A DNA stretch of 64,000 nucleotides from Chiloscyllium plagiosum (lineage: Eukaryota): contig NC_057718.1 of assembly GCF_004010195.1 (NCBI RefSeq), positions 26,887,631 through 26,951,630 of the forward strand, written 5' to 3'. The notes under the pieces were generated by a model. It did not search any database. It was not told where the DNA came from and saw only the letters and a program-made list of their open reading frames with translations. The position numbers and the translations under genes were made by a program. This document shows positions 55,701 to 63,249 of this stretch, in pieces (position 1 is the first letter of the stretch; each line of letters starts with the position of its first letter).

Positions 55701-58222
55701 GAAGAGGATGAATTTCAGTAATGGGCCAAATGGCCGAATTCTGCTCCTATATCTTATTGCCTTACAATTCCTCTGGACATACTTCTTTACTTATCCCAGC
55801 ATCACTTCCTGTGACCTTGCACCATGAACCCTTCATTGCTTATCCACCACGGCATATGCCCTTCAATTTGGTTATTCCAACAATCATTTGTCTAAAACCT
55901 ATTCCACTTGTAAATTTTCCCAACTCATCATCTCCATGGCTGCTGCCTGTCCCACTTAGTAGCTCCTGAGTTTTTGGTTCTTACTTCAAAAGTACTTCAT
56001 TGCAAAGCTCTTTGGGATTCCCTAAAAGGCAACATGGTAAACCACTTCCAACCTTCTAACAATAGGATATAAGTATAGATATAATTTGAATTACTAACAC
56101 AGTGGAGCTCACACAGGCTGAACTGGACCAAACCTCCATCAGAGCTACTTGAGTGATAATGGGGATTTCCATTTCATACTATCTTTCACGTGCAAAAGCA
56201 TAATTTACAGACTTGTTTTATTTTTGAGTAGAATTCAAAGTTTGTGAGAAGATTTGTAATGATGACACCTTTGTAATGATTAAAAACACAGAAATAGAGA
56301 ACACACACCGGATCATCAACGCCACACTCACAGGAATCCGATTCACTAGAGAGGAAGAAAAGGACAACCAACACCATTCCTAGACGTGATGGTACAACAA
56401 ACAGGAAGACAGCTAACGATTCGAATCCATGAACACCAACTAGCCACGAAACGACACGACCAGCTATCCTTAGTAGCCACACACGCAGATGACAAGCAAC
56501 ATGAATTCAACTGGGACAACACTACTATTATAGGACAAGCCAAACAGAGAACAGCCAGGGAATTCCTAGAGGCATGGCACTCATCCACAGATTCAATCAA
56601 TAAGCACATCGACCTCGACCCAATATACCGACCACTGCAGCGGACAGCTGGAACTGACAACCGGAAGCGGCAGAGACAAACCATTATAAATGCCGGAGCA
56701 AAGATCACAGAAGCGCTTCACAGGAGGCTCCCAAGCACTGAGGATGTCACCTAGACAGGGGAAGAAACGTCTGCAACACAAATTCCCAACTCGGCGAACA
56801 GAACCACAACTTTTTGAGTAGAATATTGCTTATAAAGCACAATACTTTTTAATCTGTTCACCACAAGAGATCAACACTGGAAACAGTACGCAAGCTGTTT
56901 GGAACAGTTAATACCTAAATCTATCCACAAACTAATTTCAGAACTCAGCAGAAGTACACAATCATTGTTAAAAACCAACTCTGTTCCTTCAATGCATCTA
57001 CATTTTCCAATTCTTCATTTAGAATTAGGCAATAATTTATGGCCAGGCTCAACAAACAAGATATATAATTTAAGTTATAAATTCCAATATCTAAGCACTT
57101 CTAACAGTACCTGTTACTTTGTAAATGTCTCAATAACTAAAATAGAAACTGAATGCTTAACAGCTTACACATTGTTGGGCCAACATCAATGACTGCCGTG
57201 AGCTGATACTGCAGTGCCTCAGAAGCCATGTTGAACCCAGTCATTGGTGACAGACGACAAGAGAGTCTAATGGTCTCTCCTTGTTGAGCTCGGAATGCTA
57301 CAAAAACAAAAAAGTTATTCTGAATTAACAAAACTCTACATTTAAACTACTTCAATATACTACTCAAATAAATATACTATGCTATACGTCTGGTGCAAAT
57401 TCTCCAATAGCAACTCGGTGAAGTCAAAGTATTATGTTCATTTCAAATGTGTTGTAAATTCTAAGACATGCAAAGTTTGAAACAAACATGCTTGAACTGT
57501 TGGAGCCTTATAAATTAATTACTGTATAATTAGAGGAAATTAAAACCACTATGCAAAGCATTTGTTAATACGCTTCAATATATTTAAGCAACAATACACG
57601 ACATAGAACTTACAATTGAAAAATGCATTGAAGTCTTCATCATTATCAAAGTCCACACGTGAATATTCACAACTTGGGCTGTCGCTCTTGGAAGGAAATC
57701 CAACCTAGTCAAAAGAGAAGTTCATTCCAAAAAAGATCTGTACAATTTCTTTGAACGCATTTTCAGCTACGTTCAATCTAAAGCAAATCAATGGAGGGAA
57801 ACCTCAGAGAGGTCCTTAAATTAACAGATGTTTGGGTTGAAATCATGGAATTCGCTCCCTAATGGCATTGTGGGTTACCCATAGCACAAACAGTAATGGC
57901 AGCTTACCACAACATTCTCAGAGGAAACTAGGGACAGTCAGAAAATGCTGGCCCAGTCAGGGACATTCATATGCCAGAAGAACAAACAAAAACTCTACAA
58001 GTTCAATACACAATGGTTTGTACAATCACAAATACTCAAGTCTGTTCCGTGTTGAAGTGACAACAGGAAGTTCAGCACTACAGTAGACTTCTAAGTTTCT
58101 CAGTTTTGGATCAGGATTTGTACTGAAAACAACAAATGCTGGAGATCACACCAGGTCAGTGAGCTTCCATGGAGAGACAGCAAGCTAACATTTCAAATCT
58201 TGGTGACTCTTCTTCAGAACTG

Positions 58223-58265
<43 letters not shown>

Positions 58266-61200
58266 GGGGGAGAAAGAGTAGCATTTATGCTATTTGCTCC
58301 TAGGATCGGGATTTTATCTTTCTGATAGGGAAAAAAAGAAGTGGATACCTCGAATACCACAAGGAAAGAATTCAACTTGCCTTTGTATCACTTCAAGAAT
58401 TATCTCAGGGCTAAAAGTCATACTGAAATTGGGCTTCCATAATCAAAGAAAGATTAACTTTTAAAAACTTCTTTTTTAAAAACTGAAATTCCATAACTTT
58501 GTGTTAAATAATCCAAGTGATTATCTACTCATTTAGTAATTTATTCCCAGCTCCAAGCTACTCAGTTGCCTGAAAACCAGCAACATTTTGTTTAAAACTC
58601 ACTGGATATGGGTGCCTCTGGCTTGGCCAGCATTTATTGCCCATCTCTAATTGCTCAGAAGTCAGTTAAGAGTCAACCACATTGTTTTGGGTCTGGAGTC
58701 ACATGTAATCCAGATCAGGTAAGGATAGCAGTTTCTTTCCCTAAAGGACACTAGTGATCCAGATGGGTTTTTTCTGACAATTGATAACAGTTACATGATC
58801 AACATTAGATTCTTAATTATAGATTGTTTTATTGAGTACAAATTCCACAATGTGGCATGGCAGGATTTGAAACCAGGTCCCTAGAACATTAGCCAAGTTT
58901 CTAGATTAATTGTCTAGCGATAATACTACTAGGCCATTGACTATTAAGAGATTTTTAAAAAACTATCATTGATAACTGGTCACTAATCGACAAACCGACC
59001 AATTTCGAGACGCCAGCAAAAGTCACATGCGTACACCTTCGAATTCCCAACTCCAAATTATCTGCAACTCAACTTTTAATTATTGCTTGGTCAAACAAAT
59101 ATTTTCATGATGCTTACAACTGATGTCAGGTTCCCTGCTTTGAAAATTACAGCAACGCTTTTAAACACTGCTTTTTAAGCAGTTTTTCTTATTTCAGTCC
59201 ACAGTTTTTAAAAACACATCAGAAGACACAATCCTTACATTACCCTAAGAGGAGAAAACTGACAGAAGAAAAAGAAGGTGCCAGTGTACATACCTTCAGA
59301 AGATTAGCCATTGTTGCATGCAACAATTGTGGAATGACCTCCAGCAACACAGGGTCCTTAGAAACATGCTCATGTCTTAAAAACGAACACCAGGCTATCT
59401 GAGTTGATGACCTTAAATACTGAACAAAACAAAAAGTTGACATCAGCCTTCTTCCAACTCTACCTTATCTAGTGTCAGAAAGAAATGTCATTCTGTATCG
59501 CTTTTCACCTTTATAATTTTTATTAGGTTATTTATTAGATAATTCAGTTACGGTTCACCATCTATCTGCACCTGAACAAAAGACCTACCTCCCTACTTCG
59601 AAACATGAAAAGCGATGGATTTTATGGCAACAGGACTACTAAATATCAGGCAATTATTTTCAAACATTATCATACAATTGGAAGGCTAAATCAGTTACTT
59701 CTAATTCACAAGAACATTTTAACAATGTTACACATAATTGTTTTACAATTTGAGCTTTATCTGCACGTTAGTGAACTATGTAAAGAGTTGCTGACATCTG
59801 TCCTAAAATGTTCATTTACTAGTTCTAACTCATGACCACTACTACTATATTTCCCACTTAGATTTTAAAATAATATTTTTGGCTCACTTATCTCTTAATC
59901 TTCAACATTGCTGCAAGATGACTGTTCAGACATGTCCAATACAGTACAGAGGTTTTCTCTGTTTCCCCAAACTTAAAACAACTGACACGGACTACAACGC
60001 TGCAAATGCTTGAACATTTATGAAACTTAGGACCACACGCTGCAGTTTGAGATAATCATTTCGTACTTCTGTGGTTTTGGCAGAATAGTTAACTAGATTA
60101 ACAACTTATTATTGTGATGTTGCAACCATTGGGCACGATTAACAACTTATAAGTTCCCATGTTTCATTTAACTTCATTTGAAGCTACTTAAAATCCCTTC
60201 ATAAGGCACGAATGTCACTTTTTTTCCTTCTTGGATGTTTGTATAAAATTTTAACTGCACTGTTGATACTTGCATGCCTTATCTAACCTTCTCAAAATTC
60301 TAAGCTGTACCATTGACTTTTACTTCCTTTTTATAACATTTACAAATTTAAAATCCATTTAACATTAAGCTTATTAATCCAGACCATTTATTAACAATTA
60401 TCTATTCCAACCACACATGAATTGAAGGCATCGATCATGAATTGTTGTGGTTCTGTTCGCCGAGCTGGGAATTTGTGTTGCAGACGTTTCGTCCCCTGTC
60501 TAGCGGACATCCTCAGTGCTTAGGAGCCTCCTGTGAAGCGCTTCGGTGTTGTTTCCTCCGGCATTTATAGTGGTTTGTCTCTGCCGCTTCCGGTTGTCAG
60601 TTCCAGCTGTTCGCTGCAGTGGTCGGTATATTGGGTCGAGGTCGATGTGCTTATTGATTGAATCTGTGGATGAGTGCCATGCCGCTAGGAATTCCCTGGC
60701 TGTTCTCTGTTTGGCTTGTCCTATAATAGTAGTGTTGTCCCAGTCGAATTCATGTTCCTTTTAATCTGCATGTGTGGCTACTAAGGATAGCTGGTCGTGT
60801 CGTTCCGTGGCTAGTTGGTGTTCATGGATAAGGATCGTTATCTGTCTTCCTGTTTGTCCTATGTAGTGTTTTAGGACACTACTATTATAGGACAAGCCAA
60901 ACAGAGAACAGCCAGGGAATTCCTAGAGGCATGGCACTCATCCACATATTCAATCAATAAGCACATTGACCTGCACCCAATATACCAGCCACTGCAGCAG
61001 ACAGCTGGAACTGACAACTGGAAGCGGCAGAGACAAACCACTATAAATGCCGGAGGAAACAACACAGAAGCGCTTCACAAGCACTGAGGATGTCCCCTAG
61101 GCAGGGGACAAAACGTCTGCAACACAAATTCCCAGCTCGGCGAACAGAGCCACAACAACGAGCACCCGAGCTACAAATCTCACAAACTTTGATCAATCAT

Positions 61201-62321
61201 GAATGTTGTGCACTCAAGCACTCATTGTTGCCAAGAAGCTCCATCATACAAAAATACTTGAAGAAAATTACCTGACTAGGGTGATTGGTGAAAGCCAAGA
61301 ATGCTTGTAAATATTTGTTGAAATTAGGAGGTTGGCCGACATCTTTATCGCTTCCCTGAAAATAACACTCAGTTCAATTTTGGCACACAAGCATCCTAAA
61401 CAAAAACATAACTCGTGGAAGTTAAATTCACCTTCCATTGTTATGAAGAGATAAGATTAAATGACATGGTCCAGCTGAGGACTGTCCAACAATGATGAAA
61501 CAAGGCAACAAGTACAAACATAAGTAATTTAGTGGCATCAAAACTTCCTTGGAAGATGATCGCATTGGATTTTTATTCGCCTTTACAGGTTTTAATCAAC
61601 AGATTTTAAAAAAAACCTTTTCAACTACCATGAAAACAAAACTGCAAATTTATCTGATTAATTTCTAAATTATTTACAGCCTGAAATTAAGTAGTATTTA
61701 TGTTGAGATATCTCAAAGAATCAACACCAACTATATTCATAATGTAAAATCACTCAACAACCATGTTCAGAAAATCTGACAGGTTAACATGTATTAGCTT
61801 GGTTGAATGTAAACCAGAGATATGCAGAGCTTTGCACATTTGTTAGATTTATAGTCAACCTGAAATCAAAAATGTAAAATATAATACAATAAATCAAACC
61901 AAATACTAAACAACACCAACATGGAACAGACTGGTCAGTATCTGTGGAGAAAACACCCAAATGAAGGGTAATGAAGGTTAAATCTACAACCATTTTGTGC
62001 ACTCTACAAATGCTGACATTGCTACATTTCACCAACTTGTCTCAAACCACATATCTTAGCGTGGCTACACAAATAAATCTACCGTAAACAAAGTTGAAGA
62101 GCTAGGTTTTGGAAAAGCACAGCTGGTCAGGCAGCATCCGAGGAGCAGGAGTGTCGACGTTTCAGACATAAGCCCTTCATGAACTACCATTAAAAAACTG
62201 ATTGCAATATGCTCAACATACCCACAGTGCTGTCAGCTGTCCACCTAGGGCTGTAAGAACTTGACAAAGCCTCTTTAGAAACATGTAATGTTGCTCCACA
62301 AGCCCTGCTCCATGAGCTGTT
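4565..62321 (-). CDS. XPO5: Exportin-5, partial multi-exon gene (24 coding exons, human-equivalent exons 9-32); 5' exons lie beyond the right edge
   Basis: Spliced translation is colinear with recalled human XPO5 from about residue 305 to the C-terminus (e.g. HYMFLKRLCQVL, GFPSKSDSPSCEYSR, APRTRAVKNVRRHACSS, WPTDLEEAKAGGFVVG, GLQMHGQHEGC, KEVHIKNLP). All junctions are phase-compatible, with no internal stops. Confidence 0.97.
5197..5520. other. Assembly gap (324 N)
   Basis: Run of n. Confidence 1.
5631..5672 (+). ncRNA. Minimal hammerhead ribozyme-like motif in the family A pLTR
   Basis: CTGAAGA-A-GGGC(TTAT)GCCC-GAAAC-GTC at 5638-5665. Confidence 0.65.
6880..8040 (-). mobile_element. CR1-type LINE, decayed RT and 3' end
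   Basis: ORFs VTSSVPQGSVLGPLWFVIYLN...SKFAGDTKIG and WEFNLDKCEVLHFG. Confidence 0.9.
8091..8255 (-). CDS. XPO5: XPO5 exon 31 (165 nt)
   Basis: RPRYPDLKTVMQQVPQISGDALDQFDTKLLNPSSHKMGDKRRKDLFKKLLSGCIG. Confidence 0.95.
8525..8830 (+). mobile_element. Old Deu-domain-like SINE
   Basis: tactgaggaactgctg...tttcacgtgaaacg...ttcaaagaagagcaaggga...gtcctgaccta resembles the recalled Deu core; reverse copies near 19240-19790 and 27780-28030. Confidence 0.55.
9323..9635 (-). mobile_element. HE1-like tRNA-derived SINE, full length
   Basis: gggcggcacggtggctcagtggttagcac head, V-SINE-like body, (TCTAA)n tail. Confidence 0.9.
11760..12930 (+). mobile_element. Old CR1-type LINE
   Basis: Degenerate RT motifs (ggagtgctacatggatcagtc; cctggaatacagtgtacaattttggtc). 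Confidence 0.75.
12948..13271 (-). mobile_element. HE1-like SINE (diverged)
   Basis: Similar to the 9323-9635 copy. Confidence 0.85.
13367..13504 (-). CDS. XPO5: XPO5 exon 30 (138 nt)
   Basis: VLSATLHSDAASWFFMSVLRGLQMHGQHEGCLAALVNLAFMIYEAL. Confidence 0.95.
14750..14857 (-). CDS. XPO5: XPO5 exon 29 (108 nt), ends at a GC donor
   Basis: DICKALLATAYSAITWSDTITCQRATLQLCWPLIKQ; CAG|GCAAGT donor. Confidence 0.92.
15071..15156 (-). CDS. XPO5: XPO5 exon 28 (86 nt; 89 nt if the upstream AAG is used)
   Basis: (D)DEMMNTSDGPHVGSEELTDLGKCLLKSE; GAG|GTAAAC donor. Confidence 0.9.
15335..15710 (+). mobile_element. Second tRNA-derived SINE family (L2/CR1-like 3' tail)
   Basis: gactagtaatcc...ggtgaaatttaaattcaat...ccatctggttca...aataaa; homologous to 19312, 24578 and 58595. 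Confidence 0.7.
15950..16520 (-). mobile_element. Old CR1-type LINE 3' portion
   Basis: aaagaattccacagattcactacc...gaagaaat motif shared with 41157. Confidence 0.7.
17227..17430. mobile_element. Fold-back mini-element made of two inverted family A PLE ends
   Basis: Near-identical ORFs on both strands; arms meet at about 17305-17312; 14-bp TSD ttatgctcaa(c/t)tta (17213-17226 / 17431-17444). Confidence 0.88.
17750..17803 (-). CDS. XPO5: XPO5 exon 27 (54 nt)
   Basis: (T)VCCCVKKGPESISGDMD; ttttgcag acceptor, G|GTAAGT donor. Confidence 0.9.
18541..18638 (-). CDS. XPO5: XPO5 exon 26 (98 nt)
   Basis: (E)AESGAPEENPESQEMLDEQLTRLLTRESIDLM. Confidence 0.94.
18730..18920. mobile_element. Older PLE-end fold-back derivative
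   Basis: gttgctggaaaagctcagcaggtc ... ttctgaagatgggtcactggatccgaagtgttaac ... cagcaaattctg. Confidence 0.6.
19312..19660 (+). mobile_element. Second tRNA-SINE family, apparently nested in a Deu-like SINE
   Basis: ggggaggcccagtggcattatcactggact head; gggcaataaatactgg...cccatgaatgaataaa tail. Confidence 0.75.
20175..20221 (-). CDS. XPO5: XPO5 exon 25 (47 nt)
   Basis: RLSAKWVVINQRGLL; gacag acceptor, GA|GTAAGT donor. Confidence 0.92.
21033..21130 (-). CDS. XPO5: XPO5 exon 24 (98 nt)
   Basis: (R)VFVKPLVQSCPPEHYESVLCPILGPLFSYLLQ; AC acceptor, CAG|GTATGT donor. Confidence 0.93.
21131..22043 (-). other. U12-type (minor spliceosome) AT-AC intron, XPO5 intron 23 (913 nt)
   Basis: 5' site ATATCCTTTT, branch point TACTTAAC (21148-21141), 3' end TAC| at 21131; splicing restores Arg codon C|GC. 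Confidence 0.92.
21729..22002. mobile_element. Fold-back family A PLE mini-element inside the U12 intron
   Basis: ~115-bp inverted arms (about 21759-21875 / 21884-22002) with cttcatcaggaa / ttcctgatgaag; imperfect TSD tactt(g/ta)tgacttt. Confidence 0.85.
22044..22180 (-). CDS. XPO5: XPO5 exon 23 (137 nt)
   Basis: (C)FHILGNAGPSMLQDFFDITNFAESVINSAFVNLENIPDYRLRPVL; ends at U12 donor C|ATATCCTTT. Confidence 0.93.
22835..23062 (+). mobile_element. HE1-like SINE, 5'-truncated
   Basis: tgtctgtgtgaagtttgcacattctccccgtctgcgtgg body. Confidence 0.85.
23110..23206 (-). CDS. XPO5: XPO5 exon 22 (97 nt)
   Basis: (G)IPQPLLDHADAPVYKSVLERMQGFFCTLYDN. Confidence 0.94.
23497..24520 (-). mobile_element. Family A PLE with GIY-YIG endonuclease remnant and an inverted partial copy
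   Basis: YIGETGRQLADCFREHL...CPVAEHFNSPSH in ORF 23930-24259; about 24198-24515 is an inverted copy of about 23715-24088. Confidence 0.85.
24578..24915 (+). mobile_element. Second tRNA-SINE family
   Basis: Homologous to 19312-19660. Confidence 0.72.
25366..25466 (-). CDS. XPO5: XPO5 exon 21 (101 nt)
   Basis: (R)THNNLWLPEMLAQLSPHFTKAHDMLEVEKNAIL. Confidence 0.94.
27780..28030 (-). mobile_element. Old Deu-domain-like SINE
   Basis: aatgaagtagttttgaagtgtggtca...ttcttcttcaaataatgc...tttaacatctcatcc. Confidence 0.55.
28146..30445 (+). repeat. ~150-bp dispersed direct repeat (28146-28299 and 30292-30445)
   Basis: taatttaccaaggacagact...aaaaaggtaatttagcaaa...tcactttaatggatt.gattcttgctttt in both copies. 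Confidence 0.85.
28540..30128 (-). mobile_element. CR1-type LINE, ~1.6 kb 5'-truncated with frameshifted RT
   Basis: KSPGPDGIYARILWEAREEIAEPL, NYRPISL, GIPQGSILGP, HLEYCVQFWS; (TTCTA)n tail. Confidence 0.93.
31480..32260 (+). mobile_element. Highly decayed CR1-type LINE
   Basis: ttgatgcatgtctggattttcag; tttgttctctttggagcag; tttcaaaagggaattggatatatac. Confidence 0.6.
32362..32380 (-). promoter_or_regulatory. Candidate CTCF motif
   Basis: CTGCCACTAGATGTCACCA. Confidence 0.35.
33915..34096 (-). CDS. XPO5: XPO5 exon 20 (182 nt)
   Basis: ISLCVYTILGVVKRARWPTDLEEAKAGGFVVGFTPSGSPIYRNACTEHVIKLLDNLLALI. Confidence 0.95.
35298..35397 (-). CDS. XPO5: XPO5 exon 19 (100 nt)
   Basis: (R)VLSDPAMFLSYIGADVTPDDPIREDPAGINRSR. 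Confidence 0.93.
36100..37310 (+). mobile_element. Decayed CR1-type LINE interrupted by a SINE
   Basis: VPEGSMLGPLEFII in ORF 36368-36559. Confidence 0.7.
36785..37130 (+). mobile_element. HE1-like SINE
   Basis: ggttagcactgttgcctcatagc...gcgattcc head, conserved body and tail. Confidence 0.85.
38013..38190 (-). mobile_element. Second tRNA-SINE family, 3' part
   Basis: Homologous to 58595-58780. Confidence 0.6.
38195..39305 (-). mobile_element. CR1-type LINE (HER1-like)
   Basis: IEYRSWEVMLRLYRTLVRSLLEYCMQFWS...; tctatgactc tail. Confidence 0.9.
39108..39273. mobile_element. Probable decayed Tc1/pogo-like MITE inserted in the LINE
   Basis: Interrupts the CR1 (ctcctatgtt | gttcacat); contains repeated ccagcattc/ccggcattc motifs and ends in cagataattgag. 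Confidence 0.4.
40129..40328 (-). CDS. XPO5: XPO5 exon 18 (200 nt)
   Basis: PVFEMFYAHVKRLQQDERQLTQLEKCALMESLVLLSNQFKDYERQKAFLEELMAPVTNLWLSEEMQ. Confidence 0.95.
40547..40744. mobile_element. Fold-back family A PLE mini-element
   Basis: Centre gcataagcccttcatcaggaa-tg-ttcctgatgaagggcttatgc; 15-bp imperfect TSD (40532-40546 / 40745-40759). Confidence 0.85.
40965..42180 (-). mobile_element. Old CR1-type LINE with an internal tandem duplication
   Basis: KFAYNTKLDG-like RT remnant; 3' end near 40970. Confidence 0.75.
41157..41504 (+). repeat. 174-bp tandem duplication
   Basis: 41157-41330 and 41331-41504; I see 2 mismatches. Confidence 0.92.
42184..42486 (+). mobile_element. HE1-like SINE, young, lacking the B-box segment
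   Basis: CpG-retaining body, (ATCTA)n tail; cagcgccag joined directly to tcccgcctc. Confidence 0.9.
42577..42887 (-). mobile_element. HE1-like SINE (older)
   Basis: Reverse orientation; cagtgctaaccactgagccac. Confidence 0.85.
43343..43432 (-). CDS. XPO5: XPO5 exon 17 (90 nt)
   Basis: APRTRAVKNVRRHACSSILKMCRDHPELIM; ATG|GTAAGT donor. Confidence 0.95.
43525..43566 (-). CDS. XPO5: XPO5 exon 16 (42 nt)
   Basis: LFASATFEVVEESQ; tctttag acceptor, CAG|GTAGGA donor; followed by a 92-nt intron. Confidence 0.92.
44575..46300 (-). mobile_element. CR1-type LINE with a nested CR1 3' end (about 45405-45735)
   Basis: ORF 44841-45047; nested piece shares ataatcccaaactaaact with about 6935. Confidence 0.8.
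46888..47043 (-). CDS. XPO5: XPO5 exon 15 (156 nt)
   Basis: QLPVADGIELLKAVLSYQTHDPLILSCILTAVSTLSPFLLHDATVLPQVLEK. Confidence 0.94.
48392..48507 (-). CDS. XPO5: XPO5 exon 14 (116 nt)
   Basis: (S)KTGKGLCSIFSPSFVQWDALTFFMESVMSQLFRTMEPE; ttccacag acceptor, GAG|GTGCGT donor. Confidence 0.92.
48735..49080 (-). mobile_element. L2/CR1-like LINE 3' end (tail shared with the second SINE family)
   Basis: ggccagcatttatt..ccatccc also at 58624; related fragment at about 11195-11460. Confidence 0.6.
49870..51540 (-). mobile_element. Fragmented old CR1-type LINE
   Basis: Degenerate RT and 3' UTR motifs, interrupted by other fragments. Confidence 0.55.
51565..51686 (+). mobile_element. Solo family A PLE end
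   Basis: ctgatgaagagctcctgcccgaaaagtcg...; flanked by catattcat on both sides. Confidence 0.8.
51695..53060 (-). mobile_element. CR1-type LINE (HER1-like)
   Basis: QHGFVRGKSC, LVRPLLEFCVQFWS. Confidence 0.92.
53285..54010 (+). mobile_element. CR1-type LINE 3' part, (TTCTTTG)n tail subfamily
   Basis: ORF 53512-53928 [32 protein letters not shown]. Confidence 0.92.
53367..53424 (-). mobile_element. 58-bp family A PLE-end fragment nested in the LINE
   Basis: Perfect 11-bp TSD ttaaaattgta (53356-53366 / 53425-53435). Confidence 0.8.
54770..55770 (+). mobile_element. CR1-type LINE fragments split by a compound microsatellite
   Basis: KPPGPDQIYPKLLWGARKEVAKPLARIF; EDLIEAYKILRGLDKVD. Confidence 0.8.
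55119..55262 (+). repeat. Compound microsatellite (GGAA)n/(GGAAAA)n/(GGCAGAACGACAGGCA)n
   Basis: Directly visible. Confidence 0.9.
56235..56810 (+). mobile_element. Penelope-like element, family B, internally deleted
   Basis: RT DDTFV...IRFTREEE...FLDV joined to GIY-YIG QTGRQLTIRIHEH...REFLEAWHS; perfect 14-bp TSD tttttgagtagaat (56221-56234 / 56811-56824). Confidence 0.9.
57169..57297 (-). CDS. XPO5: XPO5 exon 13 (129 nt)
   Basis: (S)FRAQQGETIRLSCRLSPMTGFNMASEALQYQLTAVIDVGPTM; phase 1/1. Confidence 0.93.
57614..57704 (-). CDS. XPO5: XPO5 exon 12 (91 nt)
   Basis: VGFPSKSDSPSCEYSRVDFDNDEDFNAFFN; tag acceptor, T|GTAAGT donor. Confidence 0.95.
58225..58263 (+). repeat. (GT)n microsatellite
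   Basis: About 19 GT units, adjacent to a PLE-end fragment (about 58125-58220). Confidence 0.95.
58595..58938 (-). mobile_element. Second tRNA-SINE family, full length
   Basis: Reverse complement of the 19312-19660 family. Confidence 0.75.
59294..59419 (-). CDS. XPO5: XPO5 exon 11 (126 nt)
   Basis: YLRSSTQIAWCSFLRHEHVSKDPVLLEVIPQLLHATMANLLK; AG/GT boundaries. Confidence 0.94.
60443..61191. mobile_element. Fold-back family B PLE (inverted endonuclease and pLTR arms)
   Basis: Left arm on minus 60443-60872 (HYIGQTGRQ), right arm on plus 60873-61191; 13-bp TSD atc(g/a)atcatgaat (60430-60442 / 61192-61204). Confidence 0.9.
60480..60519 (-). ncRNA. Minimal hammerhead ribozyme motif, family B pLTR (sense to XPO5 pre-mRNA)
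   Basis: GCA-CTGAGGA-T-GTCCGCT(AGAC)AGGGGAC-GAAAC-GTC-TGC; mutated copies at 56735-56774 and 61081-61120. Confidence 0.7.
61272..61355 (-). CDS. XPO5: XPO5 exon 10 (84 nt)
   Basis: GSDKDVGQPPNFNKYLQAFLAFTNHPSQ; ttttcag acceptor, CAG|GTAATT donor. Confidence 0.93.
62105..62180 (-). mobile_element. Family A PLE-end fragment
   Basis: ggaaaagcacagc...gtcgacgtttcagacataagcccttcat. Confidence 0.75.
62222..62321 (-). CDS. XPO5: XPO5 exon 9 (100 nt)
   Basis: TAHGAGLVEQHYMFLKRLCQVLTALGGQLTALW; ttacag acceptor, TGG|GTATGT donor. Confidence 0.93.
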
Positions 62322-62562
62322 CTGTAATAAAAGAGAGAAAGAGTTTTGAATCAGTCCTGATATAGAAAAACAAAACAGAGCAGTTCACATTGCATTCCAC
62401 AGAATAGACTGTTACAATACAGAATGTCAGCAATAGGCTATTGTGCCGTAATGGATCTCTGAAAGAACTGTTCAATTTAGTCCAGTCACATTATACTGGT
62501 TGTTTCATGGTTAGGTTTCCATGCTCAGATTATTATTTAACAAAACTTCGAAAGCATCAACA

Positions 62563-62885
62563 GGGTGGCATGGTGGTTCAGTGGTTAGCACTGCTGTCTC
62601 ACAGCACCAGGGACCCAGGATTGATTCCAACCCCCCTGCCTATGTGGAGTTTGCACATTCTCTGTGACTGTGTGGGTTTCTTCCGGGTGCTCTGGTATCG
62701 TCCCACGGTTTAGTTGGACTGGCCATGCTAAATTGACCTGTCATGCCCAGAGAAATGTGGGTGAGCCATGGTAATTGCATGATTGCAAGTATAGGGTAAT
62801 GGGTGAGATGCTCTTTGGAGGATCAGTGCAGACTCAATGGGCCAAATGGCCTGCATCCACATAGCAGGTATTCTATGATTTCCAT
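62563..62885 (+). mobile_element. HE1-like SINE
   Basis: gggtggcatggtggttcagtggttagcactg head. Confidence 0.85.
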
Positions 62886-62981
62886 AATTTCTATAATTAA
62901 ACAAAGTCATCACAGGTTTATTAAAGTGAAATCATACTTCACAGAAATCTAAATCTTAAATGGAAATCTACTGGAGGTTTT

Positions 62982-63225
62982 ATAGAGTCATACAGTCAGA
63001 GATGTACAGCATGGAAACAGACCCTTCGGTCCAACCTGTCCATGCCGACCAGATATCCCAACCCAAGCCAGTCCCACCTGCCAGCACCTGGCCCATACAC
63101 CTCCAAACCCTTCCTATTCATATACCTATCCAAATGCCCCAAATGTTGCAATTGTACCAGCCTCCACCACTTCCTCTGGCAGCTCATTCCATACACATAC
63201 CACCCTCTGCGTGAAAAAGTTGCCA
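62982..63225 (-). mobile_element. CR1-type LINE 3' end
   Basis: Same tail as 38195 and 51695. Confidence 0.85.
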
Positions 63226-63249
63226 AAGACACAACTAAAGTTTAAGTTT

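Noticed and set aside
4721..62221. Intronic snoRNAs or CRISPR-like arrays
   Set aside because: No convincing C/D or H/ACA box pair with terminal stem; CTGATGA hits belong to PLE hammerhead cores; no repeat-spacer array
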